From contig JANNXQ010000099.1 in NCBI GenBank assembly GCA_031409655.1, positions 1-64,000 on the forward strand: 64,000 bases of DNA, in the 5' to 3' direction. Position numbers and translations under genes: made by a program. A model generated the notes under the pieces. It was not told where the DNA came from. It was given only the letters and a program-made list of their open reading frames with translations, and did no database searches. The DNA is from Chthoniobacteraceae bacterium (GTDB lineage: Bacteria > Verrucomicrobiota > Verrucomicrobiia > Chthoniobacterales > Chthoniobacteraceae). Below, one piece after another: positions 38,705 through 48,788 of this stretch (position 1 is its first letter; every line of letters begins with the position of its first letter).

Positions 38705-38809
38705 ATTCGTGAAAATTCATTGTTTTCGCAGGCGGTATTTAGTTGAATAAGGCGCTGGACACACAACCGGCGTTGCATACGGGCCGATGACGAATCCTTA
38801 TAATTTTTT

Positions 38810-39460
38810 ATGCCAGTCAACTTGAGTGCATCAACTACCAAAGACCAATACGTCCAATACGGCTGCGGCTGGAGCGCCCCAAATGGCTGGCTTAGTTTCG
38901 ACTGCAGTCCGACGTTGATCGTCGAACGACTGCCGATTGTTGGGAGATTTGTTAATCGCGAGGCCGGTCGCTTCCCGGACGCGGTGCGAATCGGTGATAT
39001 CCTGAAGGGTCTCCCCATCAGGAAAGAATGCTGCCAAGGCATTTATTGTTCTCATGTGCTCGAACATCTTTGTTTGGAAGATTCGTACACGGCATTGCGG
39101 CATACTTACGAATACCTGAAGCCAGGGGGGATTTTTCGCATCGTCCTTCCTGACCTGAAATTTCTGGCGCGACGTTACGTCGAGGATCAGAACATGAACG
39201 CCGCCTCCGAGTTCATGATCCACTCTGCGCTGGGCCAGAGGAAGCCCTTTCGCGGCGTGCGCGGCATGCTGCGAAGCTGGCTTGGGAAAAGCTATCATCT
39301 CTGGATGTGGGACGAAATCGCTCTCCGGCATGCGTTGGAGGAGCGCGGGTTCAGGGATATCCGTCGCGCCTGCTTCAATGATAGTGAGGATCCCATGTTT
39401 AAGCTGGTTGAAAACCCCGACCGGTTCGGCGATAACCTCGCAATGGAATGTCGAAAGTAG
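38810..39460 (+). CDS. Class I SAM-dependent methyltransferase
   Basis: QYGCG, YCSHVLEHL, LKPGGIFRIVLPDL, HLWMWD. Confidence 0.85.
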   Translation: MPVNLSASTTKDQYVQYGCGWSAPNGWLSFDCSPTLIVERLPIVGRFVNREAGRFPDAVRIGDILKGLPIRKECCQGIYCSHVLEHLCLEDSYTALRHTYEYLKPGGIFRIVLPDLKFLARRYVEDQNMNAASEFMIHSALGQRKPFRGVRGMLRSWLGKSYHLWMWDEIALRHALEERGFRDIRRACFNDSEDPMFKLVENPDRFGDNLAMECRK

Positions 39461-39594
39461 CGGGAAATGCCGTTAGCATCGACTTAGATTTTGTTTGACC
39501 AGTTCAAGTTCGTGTCGGAGCCACAGGCCAGCCGAGGGCGTGTTTCGGTATTGGCTAGGGCGCGTGTGGGTTGTAGCGTGCTTCTTTTTCGTCG

Positions 39595-40794
39595 ATGAAA
39601 CGCGTTGCCTACGTCGCCCCGCATCCGATTCAGTACCAGGCTCCTCTGTTGCGCCGCCTTGCCGCTAACGGCGAAATTGACTTGAAGGTTTTTTTCCTCA
39701 GCGACTTTTCGGTCCACGAACACCATGAGACGGCGTTTGGTCGGAGTGTTAAATGGGACGTGCCTCTGACTGAGGGCTATGCTTCGCAGGTGTTGCCAAG
39801 ATGGTTTATTGGCGATGCGAATCGAGCGCGACCAAACTGGCCGGTTCGCGGTTTGAGGCGTCGGCTGCGGGAGGGAAACTTCGATGCTCTATGGGTGCAT
39901 GGCTGGGGTCATCTAGGACTGCGGCAGGCGCTGGCTGCGGGTGCGGCGCTGGGCGTGCCGGTCCTGCTGCGCGGCGAGAGCACGCCTGACAGTTTGCAGG
40001 TCGGCGGATGGCGACGCCGATTGCGGGATTTGTTCTGCGCCCGCCTGTTTGCCCGGTGCGCGGCGATCCTCTGCATCGGAACACTGAATCGACAATTCTA
40101 TCGCGCGTTTGGTGTGCCGGAGGAACGCATGTTCATGGTGCCCTATGCGGTGGATAACGCGTGGTTCCAAACTCGGTGCGCAGAGGCTGCGCTGAGGCGG
40201 GAGGAATTTCGGCGGGAATTAGATCTGCAGCCAGGGCGTCCTATCATCCTCTTTGCGGCGAAATTCATCCCAGCAAAGGCCCCCGGCGACCTTCTGAGTG
40301 CGTATCTCCATTCCTTTCCGCTAGGGCCTGCTGTGCGACCATACTTGCTCTTCGTGGGCGACGGTCCCATGCGTGCGCAATTGGAGGCCCACGCTGGCCC
40401 TCAGATGGGGAACGACGTGCGATTCCTCGGCTTTCGCAATCAGACCAAGCTCCCTGCACTTTACGATCTGTGCGATGTCTTCGTCCTGCCGTCCCACTTC
40501 GAGCCGTGGGGGCTTGTTGTAAATGAAGTCATGAACGCGGGAAAACCTGTGATCGTCTCTGATCGCGTCGGCGCCGCTCCGGATCTCGTGCGGGCGGGCA
40601 AAACTGGCTGGATCTTTCCCGCTGGCGATGTAATGGCGCTTGGCGGACTCTTGCGCGAATCCTGTTTCGACGCCGGACGGCGGGCGGCGATGGGCGCACG
40701 CGGCCTCACGCGCATCGCGGAATGGGATTTCGCAGCGGACGAACGGGGCCTGCTCGACGCTTTCGCATATGTGAAGCGACATTCACGCCGCTAA
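39595..40794 (+). CDS. Glycosyltransferase family 4
   Basis: HPIQYQAPL, DVFVLPSHFEPWGLVVNEVMNAGKPVIVSD. Confidence 0.92.
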   Translation: MKRVAYVAPHPIQYQAPLLRRLAANGEIDLKVFFLSDFSVHEHHETAFGRSVKWDVPLTEGYASQVLPRWFIGDANRARPNWPVRGLRRRLREGNFDALWVHGWGHLGLRQALAAGAALGVPVLLRGESTPDSLQVGGWRRRLRDLFCARLFARCAAILCIGTLNRQFYRAFGVPEERMFMVPYAVDNAWFQTRCAEAALRREEFRRELDLQPGRPIILFAAKFIPAKAPGDLLSAYLHSFPLGPAVRPYLLFVGDGPMRAQLEAHAGPQMGNDVRFLGFRNQTKLPALYDLCDVFVLPSHFEPWGLVVNEVMNAGKPVIVSDRVGAAPDLVRAGKTGWIFPAGDVMALGGLLRESCFDAGRRAAMGARGLTRIAEWDFAADERGLLDAFAYVKRHSRR

Positions 40795-40821
40795 GGCGCA
40801 TCAGTTTCACGATATTTTTGC

Positions 40822-41247
40822 ATGCACGGTGGTCACTTAGCCTTGACTTACGACAATGAACAACGGGGCAGCGTGGGTGCCCGCGGATTCCGATATATTC
40901 AGGGGGGGGCGGTCTTGTTTGATCCGGACGCGGTTGATTCGTTCTCGGCGATAGGCGTAGCACGAGAAGTGGCCGCTCAATTCGCTCCAACGGATTGCAA
41001 CCGATGGTTTATCGGCACCCTGCGATTGCACAACGAACAGAATCACTCATCGGTCGTTGCATTGAAAAAAGGCCGTGTAAAAACTGATCCATCCGTATCG
41101 TGGACGGTCGGAGTTACACGCGGGGATTTGAATCGCGGCCTTGGTGGAAACCTGAAACCAGAACCAGAGCCGCATTTTCGATTGAACCTGGCAAAGACGT
41201 ATTCTGTTCGAATTCATTTGCAACCGGGAACGATGCCGTGTCGCTGA
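40822..41247 (+). CDS. Hypothetical protein or gene remnant
   Basis: 141-codon ORF co-oriented with the locus in a lower-GC gap; no motif recognised. Confidence 0.25.
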   Translation: MHGGHLALTYDNEQRGSVGARGFRYIQGGAVLFDPDAVDSFSAIGVAREVAAQFAPTDCNRWFIGTLRLHNEQNHSSVVALKKGRVKTDPSVSWTVGVTRGDLNRGLGGNLKPEPEPHFRLNLAKTYSVRIHLQPGTMPCR

Positions 41248-41408
41248 TCCCCGATGTCCCGTGATGAAAACCGGTAACCTCCATATCCGAGATTTAGCGT
41301 TAGAAATGAGATGACTCAAGCGATAATAACGCAGAATACATCAATATTCCACCTTGCAGAACCCTCTTCAATCAAGGGTTTTGAAAGCTGGTTAACGTTA
41401 CCCCTGCT

Positions 41409-42617
41409 GTGAGCAGAGGAGTAACAGTAGGGTACTTTGGCGTTCACCAGGCGTTTCAAATTGCGTTGGCGGCACAAGAGGCCGGATTTCTCGATGAGTT
41501 TCTTTGCTCTGTGTATTCCGCGTCCGGCAAGTGGGGAGGCATTCTGACGAGATACCTCGGAACTGAAGCGATGATAAATCGCAGTGTGGCCAAACTCAAT
41601 ATCAGTAAAGTTCGTGAAAATCCATGGCCTCTATTCCTGCATCACTTTAGGACCACGCTCAAGCTCGCGCATTCAGACGATTGGTTTTCCGCAAACGATC
41701 GCTTTGACCGGTGGACTGCGCGTCAGTTGGGAACGGGGTCTAGTAGTGTTTTCGTAGGAACCGAGACATGTGCGCAGCGTTCGTTCGAGATTTGCGCCAA
41801 GCAGGGGATCCGGCCGGTGCTTGATTGCCCACAGTTGCACCCTGCATTTCTTTCCAAGGTACTTGCCACGGCAGCAGATCGACTAAAAATTGCTTCCCGA
41901 AAGCAAGTGGATACGGCAGAGATGTCAGAAAGAAAGGAATTTGAGTATTCTGCTGCTGATTATCTCCTTGTTTACTCCGACGTGCATCGTCGGAGTTTCA
42001 TGGAAGCCGGGTTTGCTGGGTCGCGTCTAATTGAGTGCCCCCTGTGGGTGGATTCGAAAACATGGTTTCCGACACTAGAGAAACGTACACACAGGAATGG
42101 AAAACTTCGCGTATTGTTTGTCGGTAGCCTTTCGATGCGGAAGGGTATTCCGTTCCTACTTGAGGCAGTTCGATTGCTAGGCGATGCTGTAAGTCTAACG
42201 CTCGTTGGGTCAATTCACCCAGAAATGTTGTCTACACTCGCTGCTTATGAGGATACCTTTGAGCTTCAAGCACCAAAAACCAAGGCGGTTTTACGCGAGA
42301 TCTACGTGCAACATGATGTTTTGGTGTTGCCGTCACTGGGGGATTCTTTTGGGTTCGTCGGTATCGAGGCAATGGCCTGCGGGATCCCTGTGATTGTTAC
42401 GGAGAATTGTGGCGTACCTGTGCCGGATTTGACTTGGCGTATACCGGTAATGGATTCGGAAGCGATTGCGATGCGCTTGCAGCACTACATAATGTCCGAT
42501 GGAGCATTGGCGGAAGATGGCACGAAGGCGACAACATTTGCGCGTGAATTCTCTCCGCAACGGTATCGATGCTTTATTGGCCAATTTTTTAAGAGCTTGG
42601 TAGGGCAGAGTTTATAG
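41409..42617 (+). CDS. Glycosyltransferase family 4 (close homologue of 30805-32028)
   Basis: Shared FVGTETCAQ, LDCPQLHP, ECPLWVDS and EAMACG.PVIVTENCGVPVPD motifs. Confidence 0.9.
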   Translation: MSRGVTVGYFGVHQAFQIALAAQEAGFLDEFLCSVYSASGKWGGILTRYLGTEAMINRSVAKLNISKVRENPWPLFLHHFRTTLKLAHSDDWFSANDRFDRWTARQLGTGSSSVFVGTETCAQRSFEICAKQGIRPVLDCPQLHPAFLSKVLATAADRLKIASRKQVDTAEMSERKEFEYSAADYLLVYSDVHRRSFMEAGFAGSRLIECPLWVDSKTWFPTLEKRTHRNGKLRVLFVGSLSMRKGIPFLLEAVRLLGDAVSLTLVGSIHPEMLSTLAAYEDTFELQAPKTKAVLREIYVQHDVLVLPSLGDSFGFVGIEAMACGIPVIVTENCGVPVPDLTWRIPVMDSEAIAMRLQHYIMSDGALAEDGTKATTFAREFSPQRYRCFIGQFFKSLVGQSL

Positions 42618-43699
42618 TGAGATTTTTGGTGCAAATCGTGCCGCGCCTAGCACCTTCAGTGAGCGGCGTCGGCGATTACGCTGGGTTAATGGCCCGAGAG
42701 TTATTGGGGACGTATGCTGTGAGTACTATATTCGTTGTTTGTGACTTGGGATGGTCAGGACCGAGATCATTGCATGAATTTCCCATCGTTCGTCTTAGGT
42801 TCCACAACGCTGCCCACCTGCGCGAGACACTGGAACTAATTGTGCCGCCGGGGACACCCGTGTTTCTCCACTACGTAGGCTACGGTTACCAAAAGCGAGG
42901 CTGTCCGCGTTGGCTGGCCCAAGGCTTGGAACGGTGGCGGCGCAACGGCAAGGAGCGTCGCCTTGCCGTGATGTTTCATGAGTTGTTTGCCTTTGGCCCA
43001 GTGTGGACGAGTTCGTTTTGGTTGTCCTTTTTGCAGCGTCGCATTACAGCCCGTGTAGCGCGGTTGGCGGATACTTGTGTGACGAACATGAGCATGTATG
43101 CGAACCGGCTGGGCCGATTTGCGCCGCGCCATGCGGGAAAAGTGACCGTAATGCCGGTTTTTTCGACAATGGGGGAGCCGGCGGATCTTAGACCATCGAG
43201 GCAGCGGCAACCTTGGTTGGTGCTGTTCGGCGGGGGCGCCTGGACCACGGATGCGGTCGCAAAACACGCCGCGAAACTCGATCAAGCATGCGCAGCCCTC
43301 AGCTGTGATCGCATCATCGCCATCGGAGCGCCGGGTCGGATTGCTTGGTCGGGCCACGCGGCCTTTGAGGAAACCGGCATTCTACCCGCAGCGGAAGTCA
43401 GTACAATCCTTGGACAAGCTCGTGCCGGATTTTTGGGTTACTTTCCCGGTTATCTCGGCAAGTCCACGATCTTCGCGGCCTACTGTGCTCACGGTCTGCT
43501 CCCGATTTTTCCTGAACCAAATCCCTCCGAACTCGACGGAGTGATGCACAGGATTCACTACCTGACTTTGGATGATTTGATCGAAGATTGTCCGCTAGAA
43601 ACCATCGATTCGGTGGTTGCAAATTCGCGGCAATGGTATCAACGCCATGACCTTGCGAAAGCCGCAGGGACCGTTGCGCAGATATTGCCTGCCCCTTGA
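42617..43699 (+). CDS. Putative GT-B glycosyltransferase
   Basis: GVGDYA, LHYVGYGY, VMFHEL, GKSTIFAAYCAHG; EPS context. Confidence 0.7.
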   Translation: MRFLVQIVPRLAPSVSGVGDYAGLMARELLGTYAVSTIFVVCDLGWSGPRSLHEFPIVRLRFHNAAHLRETLELIVPPGTPVFLHYVGYGYQKRGCPRWLAQGLERWRRNGKERRLAVMFHELFAFGPVWTSSFWLSFLQRRITARVARLADTCVTNMSMYANRLGRFAPRHAGKVTVMPVFSTMGEPADLRPSRQRQPWLVLFGGGAWTTDAVAKHAAKLDQACAALSCDRIIAIGAPGRIAWSGHAAFEETGILPAAEVSTILGQARAGFLGYFPGYLGKSTIFAAYCAHGLLPIFPEPNPSELDGVMHRIHYLTLDDLIEDCPLETIDSVVANSRQWYQRHDLAKAAGTVAQILPAP

Positions 43700-44340
43700 G
43701 TATGCTAGTAAGTCTCTGGGGCCAGCGCGAGCGACCACCTATTGGATCGGTCCAATGGTTTCGTTCTTGGGCAAAACGATTTTTAAGCCTTAAATCGATA
43801 CTTGCCAGCGATTGGCGACTGCATCGCCTTACCCAAAAGGGAGCATGCGTTGGAAAGACCGTTTTTCTCTCGAAAGCGAATATCGCGGGTACGCTTGGAA
43901 AGCTATCCATTGGAGATAGTTCATTTCTGGGCAGGGTGACAATTCAAGTCTTGAACGAAGTTCGGATCGGACGTTGCGTTTGCATCAATGACGGAGTGAC
44001 CATCTTGTCGGCCAGCCACTGCCTGGACGATCCTGGGTGGGGCATGTTCTCGAAACCAATCACCATTGACGACTATGCATGGATCGCCGTGGGGGCGCTG
44101 ATTCTCCCGGGAGTGCGCATCGGCCGTGGCGCTGTCGTGGGTGCCGGCGCCGTGGTTAGCCGCGATGTCCCTGCCTTTGCGGTGGCGACTGGCAATCCCG
44201 CGCGGATCTTGGAAAACCGGCGTATTCGCCAGCTTGATTATTCACCGGTGAATTCTCTTGCCGGCTTTCGTGCGTGGTGTGGTGCCGGAATGCCCTCGGG
44301 CAAAACCGATTCGCTCCTCAATTATCCTCCCGTTTCCTAA
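43696..44340 (+). CDS. Hexapeptide-repeat acetyltransferase
   Basis: ITIDDYAWIAVGALILPGVRIGRGAVVGAGAVVSRDV...GNPAR. Confidence 0.9.
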   Translation: MSMLVSLWGQRERPPIGSVQWFRSWAKRFLSLKSILASDWRLHRLTQKGACVGKTVFLSKANIAGTLGKLSIGDSSFLGRVTIQVLNEVRIGRCVCINDGVTILSASHCLDDPGWGMFSKPITIDDYAWIAVGALILPGVRIGRGAVVGAGAVVSRDVPAFAVATGNPARILENRRIRQLDYSPVNSLAGFRAWCGAGMPSGKTDSLLNYPPVS

Positions 44341-44407
44341 CAAATAAGGCTCGAGCACCCTGAACTCTACCAATAAATGGCTGAAGATTTGCACCCGTGC
44401 AGCGCTT

Positions 44408-45748
44408 GTGCTTGTCGTCGTCGAGGGAGCAATTCGTAAGTGGCTGCTGCCCGAGCTAAATGAGTTTGTCTATTTTGCTAAGGATGGTGTGCTGGGCATC
44501 GCTTATATTTTGGCTCTCTTGCATCCGGACCGGTTGCATCACGGAGACCGATTCAAGATGCTATTCCCGTTCGTCTTTCTTGCCGCGTCCTTGCTAGTTG
44601 CCGGTGTATTTAATCCATCTTTGGGATCGGTGATCGTTGGCGCTTTTGGGGCGAAGGCATATTTATGGTACATCCCTTTAATATGGATCGTTCCGAGCAC
44701 TTTCAATTCCACGACGGAACTGCAAAAGTGGTTTCGCAACTACCTCCTCCTCGTAATACCGGTCTGTTTGCTTGGCACCGCTCAATTTGCAGCGCCCCCG
44801 GATTCAGTGTTAAACCGTTATAGCAACACTAGCGACGAGCAGGCTGTGGCTACGTTTGGTGAGGATACCAAGGTCGCGCGCATCACCGGTACGTTTTCGT
44901 ATATTTCCGGGCACACCAGCTACATCACAGCAATGGCCATCTTCCTCCTAGCGCTAATGGTGCAACCTGCCGGCGGGTGGTGGTTCCTAGCGGGGATGCT
45001 CGAGTTCATGCTAATTGTGGGAAATGCGTTGATGTCGGGTTCGCGGGCAGGGGTTTTGATTGTAGCGGCTGCCGCCGTTGTCTTTCTCCTGTCAACGGCT
45101 GGCCAAGACGCTCCCGCGCTTCGCAGGTTTCGTTGGCTGGTTATCGGCATGATGGTTCTAGGATGCGGAGCTGCTCTTTACGGCTTTCAGGATGCGCTGA
45201 GCGCCTTTGCCCACCGCGTTGAGACGGCGGAGGATACTGAGGAGCGCATGGCGTTCGTGAGTATCGAGCGTCTCGATGAAGCCATGAATGCCGCCGGTTT
45301 GCTCGGATATGGCACCGGAGCAACACACCCCGGCGGTTTCGCACTCCGTCGCGCATTCAATCTCGGTCCCGCATTCGACGATCCGCCTCCCGCGGAACTT
45401 GAGTATCATCGAGTCATGCTGGAGCTTGGCCCGATTGGATTCCTCTTTTGGAATGTGTTGCGCATCTTCCTCTTATTTGCATTGTTCGCAACTTGGCGGA
45501 GGATGCGAATCTCATTTCTTCGTCAAATGGCCTTTGCTGCCTTCTTTCTGCACGTGGTAAACCTTAATGGTGCAATCGTCCTGAATCACACGATGGGGGT
45601 CTATTATTGGTTTAGTGCGAGCTTCATCTTTCTTTTGCCAAAACTGGAGGCATTGGATTTTGCGCGCGTGAGGCTTGCGTCGCAGATTCCCGGCTTTCGG
45701 CCTCCTCAAGTCATGCCGGCGCGCAGGAAGCTCACGGTCCCTCAATGA
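44408..45748 (+). CDS. Putative Wzy polymerase / O-antigen-ligase-like membrane protein
   Basis: Multi-TM; EGAIRKW, RITGTFSY, SGSRA, GYGTG, ELGPIG. The frame is open back to a CTG at 44360. Confidence 0.7.
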   Translation: MLVVVEGAIRKWLLPELNEFVYFAKDGVLGIAYILALLHPDRLHHGDRFKMLFPFVFLAASLLVAGVFNPSLGSVIVGAFGAKAYLWYIPLIWIVPSTFNSTTELQKWFRNYLLLVIPVCLLGTAQFAAPPDSVLNRYSNTSDEQAVATFGEDTKVARITGTFSYISGHTSYITAMAIFLLALMVQPAGGWWFLAGMLEFMLIVGNALMSGSRAGVLIVAAAAVVFLLSTAGQDAPALRRFRWLVIGMMVLGCGAALYGFQDALSAFAHRVETAEDTEERMAFVSIERLDEAMNAAGLLGYGTGATHPGGFALRRAFNLGPAFDDPPPAELEYHRVMLELGPIGFLFWNVLRIFLLFALFATWRRMRISFLRQMAFAAFFLHVVNLNGAIVLNHTMGVYYWFSASFIFLLPKLEALDFARVRLASQIPGFRPPQVMPARRKLTVPQ

Positions 45749-46935
45749 TGTCTTCGGCGATGAAGGGCTGCCACGTCCACATCTGGATTCCCGACTATGA
45801 GTCGGCCAAGGGGGGGATTCAGGTTTTCAGCAATTTCTTCATCAAAGCGGTGTGCCATTTCCTCCCGGACGCGAAAATCACCGTCTTCTCCAAGAATGAC
45901 GTCTCTTACCCGGCTCTGCCGCTACATCATCCTGCGGTTGAGTTTCGCCCTCTGGGATGGTGGTCCCCTCGGTTGCGCACGATGGCATTCAGTGCTGCTC
46001 TTCTTGCTGCCGGGTTGCGGGAAAAGCCGGATGCGATCCTGAGCACGCATGTGAATTTCGCTCCGGTCGCGCACTGGTTGAAGCGGCTCCAAGGGACGCC
46101 ATTCGCAGCGGTGGCGCACGGGGTCGATGTCTGGACGATGACGGGCGGCATGGTGCCGAGGGCGCTCCAAGCAGCGGATCGGGTGCTTGCGGTCAGTCGG
46201 TTCACCCGGGACCGCCTGGTGGAAGGGATGCACCTGCGGCCTGAGAAAGTGGGAATTCTGCCCAACGCGTTTGACGAGCTCGAATTTTCGCCTGGGGACA
46301 AACCAAGGTATCTTCTCCGGCGGTTTGGTCTGGCGCCGAAGCAACCGATCATTCTGACGGTGGCCCGCCTCGCGGGCGAGGAGCGCTACAAGGGGTACGA
46401 TCAAGTGTTGCGCGCACTGCCGGCGGTAAGGCGAGTGGTGCCCGATGTGCATTATGTGCTGGGTGGGCGGGGGCCGGACCGCTCGCGGGTCGAGGTGCTG
46501 GTGAAGGAGTTGGGTCTGATGGATTGCGTGACCCTTGCAGGGTATATTCCGGATCACGAGTTACGGGACTTTTATCGGTTGAGTGACGTGTTTGCCATGC
46601 CGAGTAAAGGCGAGGGGTTCGGGATTGTCTTTCTCGAAGCGATGGCGAGCGGTCGGCCGGTGATCGCCGGGAACAAGGATGGGTCGGTGGATGCCCTGCT
46701 CGATGGGAAAGCGGGTGTCTTGATCGACCCTGATAGCCGGACGGAACTCGAAAAGGCGCTGGTGCAAACGCTCTCCGGCACGCATCCGCTGGCGATTTTG
46801 CGCGATCCCGCTGGCTTGCAGGAACAAGCGATTGCGGCCTTTGGCTACGCGCGGTTTGCGACCAAACTGGCGGAGGAACTCCGGGCCCTCGGCCTTCCGG
46901 CAGTCCGACCGACGGAACCTGCGTTCGCAGCTTAA
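45745..46935 (+). CDS. Glycosyltransferase family 4
   Basis: GGIQVF, RYKGYD, DVFAMPSKGEGFGIVFLEAMASG. Confidence 0.92.
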   Translation: MMSSAMKGCHVHIWIPDYESAKGGIQVFSNFFIKAVCHFLPDAKITVFSKNDVSYPALPLHHPAVEFRPLGWWSPRLRTMAFSAALLAAGLREKPDAILSTHVNFAPVAHWLKRLQGTPFAAVAHGVDVWTMTGGMVPRALQAADRVLAVSRFTRDRLVEGMHLRPEKVGILPNAFDELEFSPGDKPRYLLRRFGLAPKQPIILTVARLAGEERYKGYDQVLRALPAVRRVVPDVHYVLGGRGPDRSRVEVLVKELGLMDCVTLAGYIPDHELRDFYRLSDVFAMPSKGEGFGIVFLEAMASGRPVIAGNKDGSVDALLDGKAGVLIDPDSRTELEKALVQTLSGTHPLAILRDPAGLQEQAIAAFGYARFATKLAEELRALGLPAVRPTEPAFAA

Positions 46936-46939
46936 GACC

Positions 46940-48787
46940 ATGTGCGGAATCGCGGGACTCGTCACGGATCGCCTCACCCCGGCAGAGATAGAGTCGCGGC
47001 TCCGGGCCATGCAGGCGAGGTTGCGGCATCGCGGACCGGACGATGCAGGGCTCTTCGTCGGTCCTTCTGATCACACATCGGCTAGCGGGCCGAATCCGCT
47101 CCTTTGTGGCCTCGCGCATACGCGGCTGGCCATCCTCGATCTCAGTCCGGCGGGGCATCAGCCGATGTTTTCGGAGGATGGGCGTTTCGCCCTAACTTTC
47201 AACGGGGAGATTTATAATTTCGCCGCGCTCCGACGGGAATTGGAACAGGACGGCGAGCGGTTTCGATCGACTTCGGACAGCGAAGTCATCCTGCGGATGT
47301 ATTCGCGGTATGGACCCGAAGTGGTTCGGGAGTTCGAAGGCATGTTTGCCTTTGCCATCTGGGATCGGAGGGAAGGCACCTGTTTCCTGGCGCGCGACCC
47401 GCTGGGCATCAAGCCGCTCTATCTTTGGATTGAGAACGGGACCATGGCCTTTGCCTCTGAGGTTCGGGCCTTACTCGTGGTCGGGATGGCCCGTCCAGAA
47501 TTGTCCCCCGAAGCGCTGCAGAATTATTTCCTTTTTGGATCCGTTCCGGAACCGAAGACGCTGGTCCGCGGGGTGGAGGCGCTTCCCGCTGGACATAAGC
47601 TGCTCTGGAAGGGCGGGCGGGGACGCGTCCAACGGTTCTGGGAGTTGCAGATCCCGGCGGACTCGGGGTCGGTCGAGGAGTCGATCCCGCTCGCTCGCGC
47701 GGCGTTAGAGGATTCCGTGCGGCGGCATTTTGTGAGCGATGTGCCGGTGGGGATATTTCTGAGTGGAGGAATCGATTCCACAGCGCTGGTGGCACTGGCC
47801 CGCCGGATCGGTGCAGGACCGTTGCAGACGTTCTGCCTATCCTTCGACGATGCCGCGCTCGACGAAGGCGCCGTGGCGGCCCGCACGGCCGCCCATTTCG
47901 GCACTCGACACCACGACCTGCGGCTGGGGGCGGGAGTCGGGCGGGCTTTGCTCACGAGTTTTCTGGATCGGCTGGATCAGCCGTCGATTGATGGGTTTAA
48001 CACGTTCTGTGTCTCCAAACTCGCGCATGATCAGGGTGCGAAGGTGGTCTTGTCAGGCCTTGGGGGCGATGAAGTCTTCGGCGGTTACCCTTCATTCCAG
48101 ACGGTCCCACGCCTCGTCGGTTGGAACCGGGCGCTTTCGTTGATGGGTCCTGTTCGCTGCCTGTTCGGTCGCGCCTTGGAGGAGCACGGGCTCCAGCCGC
48201 GGCATCGTCGTTTGGGTACTTTTATGACCGGGCCGCCGAGCGCGGCCACAGCGTATTGGGCCATGCGCGGCATTTTCACGCCGCCAGAAGTAAAACAGCT
48301 TCTGAGGCAATATGGGCAGGTCACGGCAAGCAGCGAGGAACTGGCTGCCGTGGCCTTTCATGTGCCTGCGCAGCCCACGCTGGAGGATGTCGTGAGTTAT
48401 CTTGAATTGACCCGTTACATGCGGAATCAACTGCTCAGGGATAGCGATGTCACGAGCATGGCCTGGGGGTTGGAACTTCGTGTGCCCTTCGTGGATCGAA
48501 AGCTCATCGAGACTCTCATCCGACTTCCAGCCAGGGTCCGTCTGGCGCGCGGCAAGAGACTGCTTTTGGATGCAGTTCCTGAGGTGCCGGAGTGGGTGGC
48601 CGGCAAGCCTAAACGCGGATTTGTCTTTCCCTTTGAGCAGTGGTTCGCCGCCGACTGGCAAGAATTGTTTGGCCACATCAAGCGCGTCAACGGTGCGGGG
48701 GTCCAAGGATGGTATCAGAAGTGGAGCCTCTTCGTGCTCGATCACTGGTGTCAGGCGAACGGCGTCGCGAGGTTTGGAGAGAGTTAA
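46940..48787 (+). CDS. asnB: Asparagine synthase (glutamine-hydrolysing)-like amidotransferase
   Basis: MCGIAG, HRGPDD, RLAILDLS..GHQPM, FNGEIYN, LSGGIDS, SGLGGDE. Likely a polysaccharide-amidating paralogue given the context. Confidence 0.88.
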   Translation: MCGIAGLVTDRLTPAEIESRLRAMQARLRHRGPDDAGLFVGPSDHTSASGPNPLLCGLAHTRLAILDLSPAGHQPMFSEDGRFALTFNGEIYNFAALRRELEQDGERFRSTSDSEVILRMYSRYGPEVVREFEGMFAFAIWDRREGTCFLARDPLGIKPLYLWIENGTMAFASEVRALLVVGMARPELSPEALQNYFLFGSVPEPKTLVRGVEALPAGHKLLWKGGRGRVQRFWELQIPADSGSVEESIPLARAALEDSVRRHFVSDVPVGIFLSGGIDSTALVALARRIGAGPLQTFCLSFDDAALDEGAVAARTAAHFGTRHHDLRLGAGVGRALLTSFLDRLDQPSIDGFNTFCVSKLAHDQGAKVVLSGLGGDEVFGGYPSFQTVPRLVGWNRALSLMGPVRCLFGRALEEHGLQPRHRRLGTFMTGPPSAATAYWAMRGIFTPPEVKQLLRQYGQVTASSEELAAVAFHVPAQPTLEDVVSYLELTRYMRNQLLRDSDVTSMAWGLELRVPFVDRKLIETLIRLPARVRLARGKRLLLDAVPEVPEWVAGKPKRGFVFPFEQWFAADWQELFGHIKRVNGAGVQGWYQKWSLFVLDHWCQANGVARFGES

Positions 48788-48788
48788 A

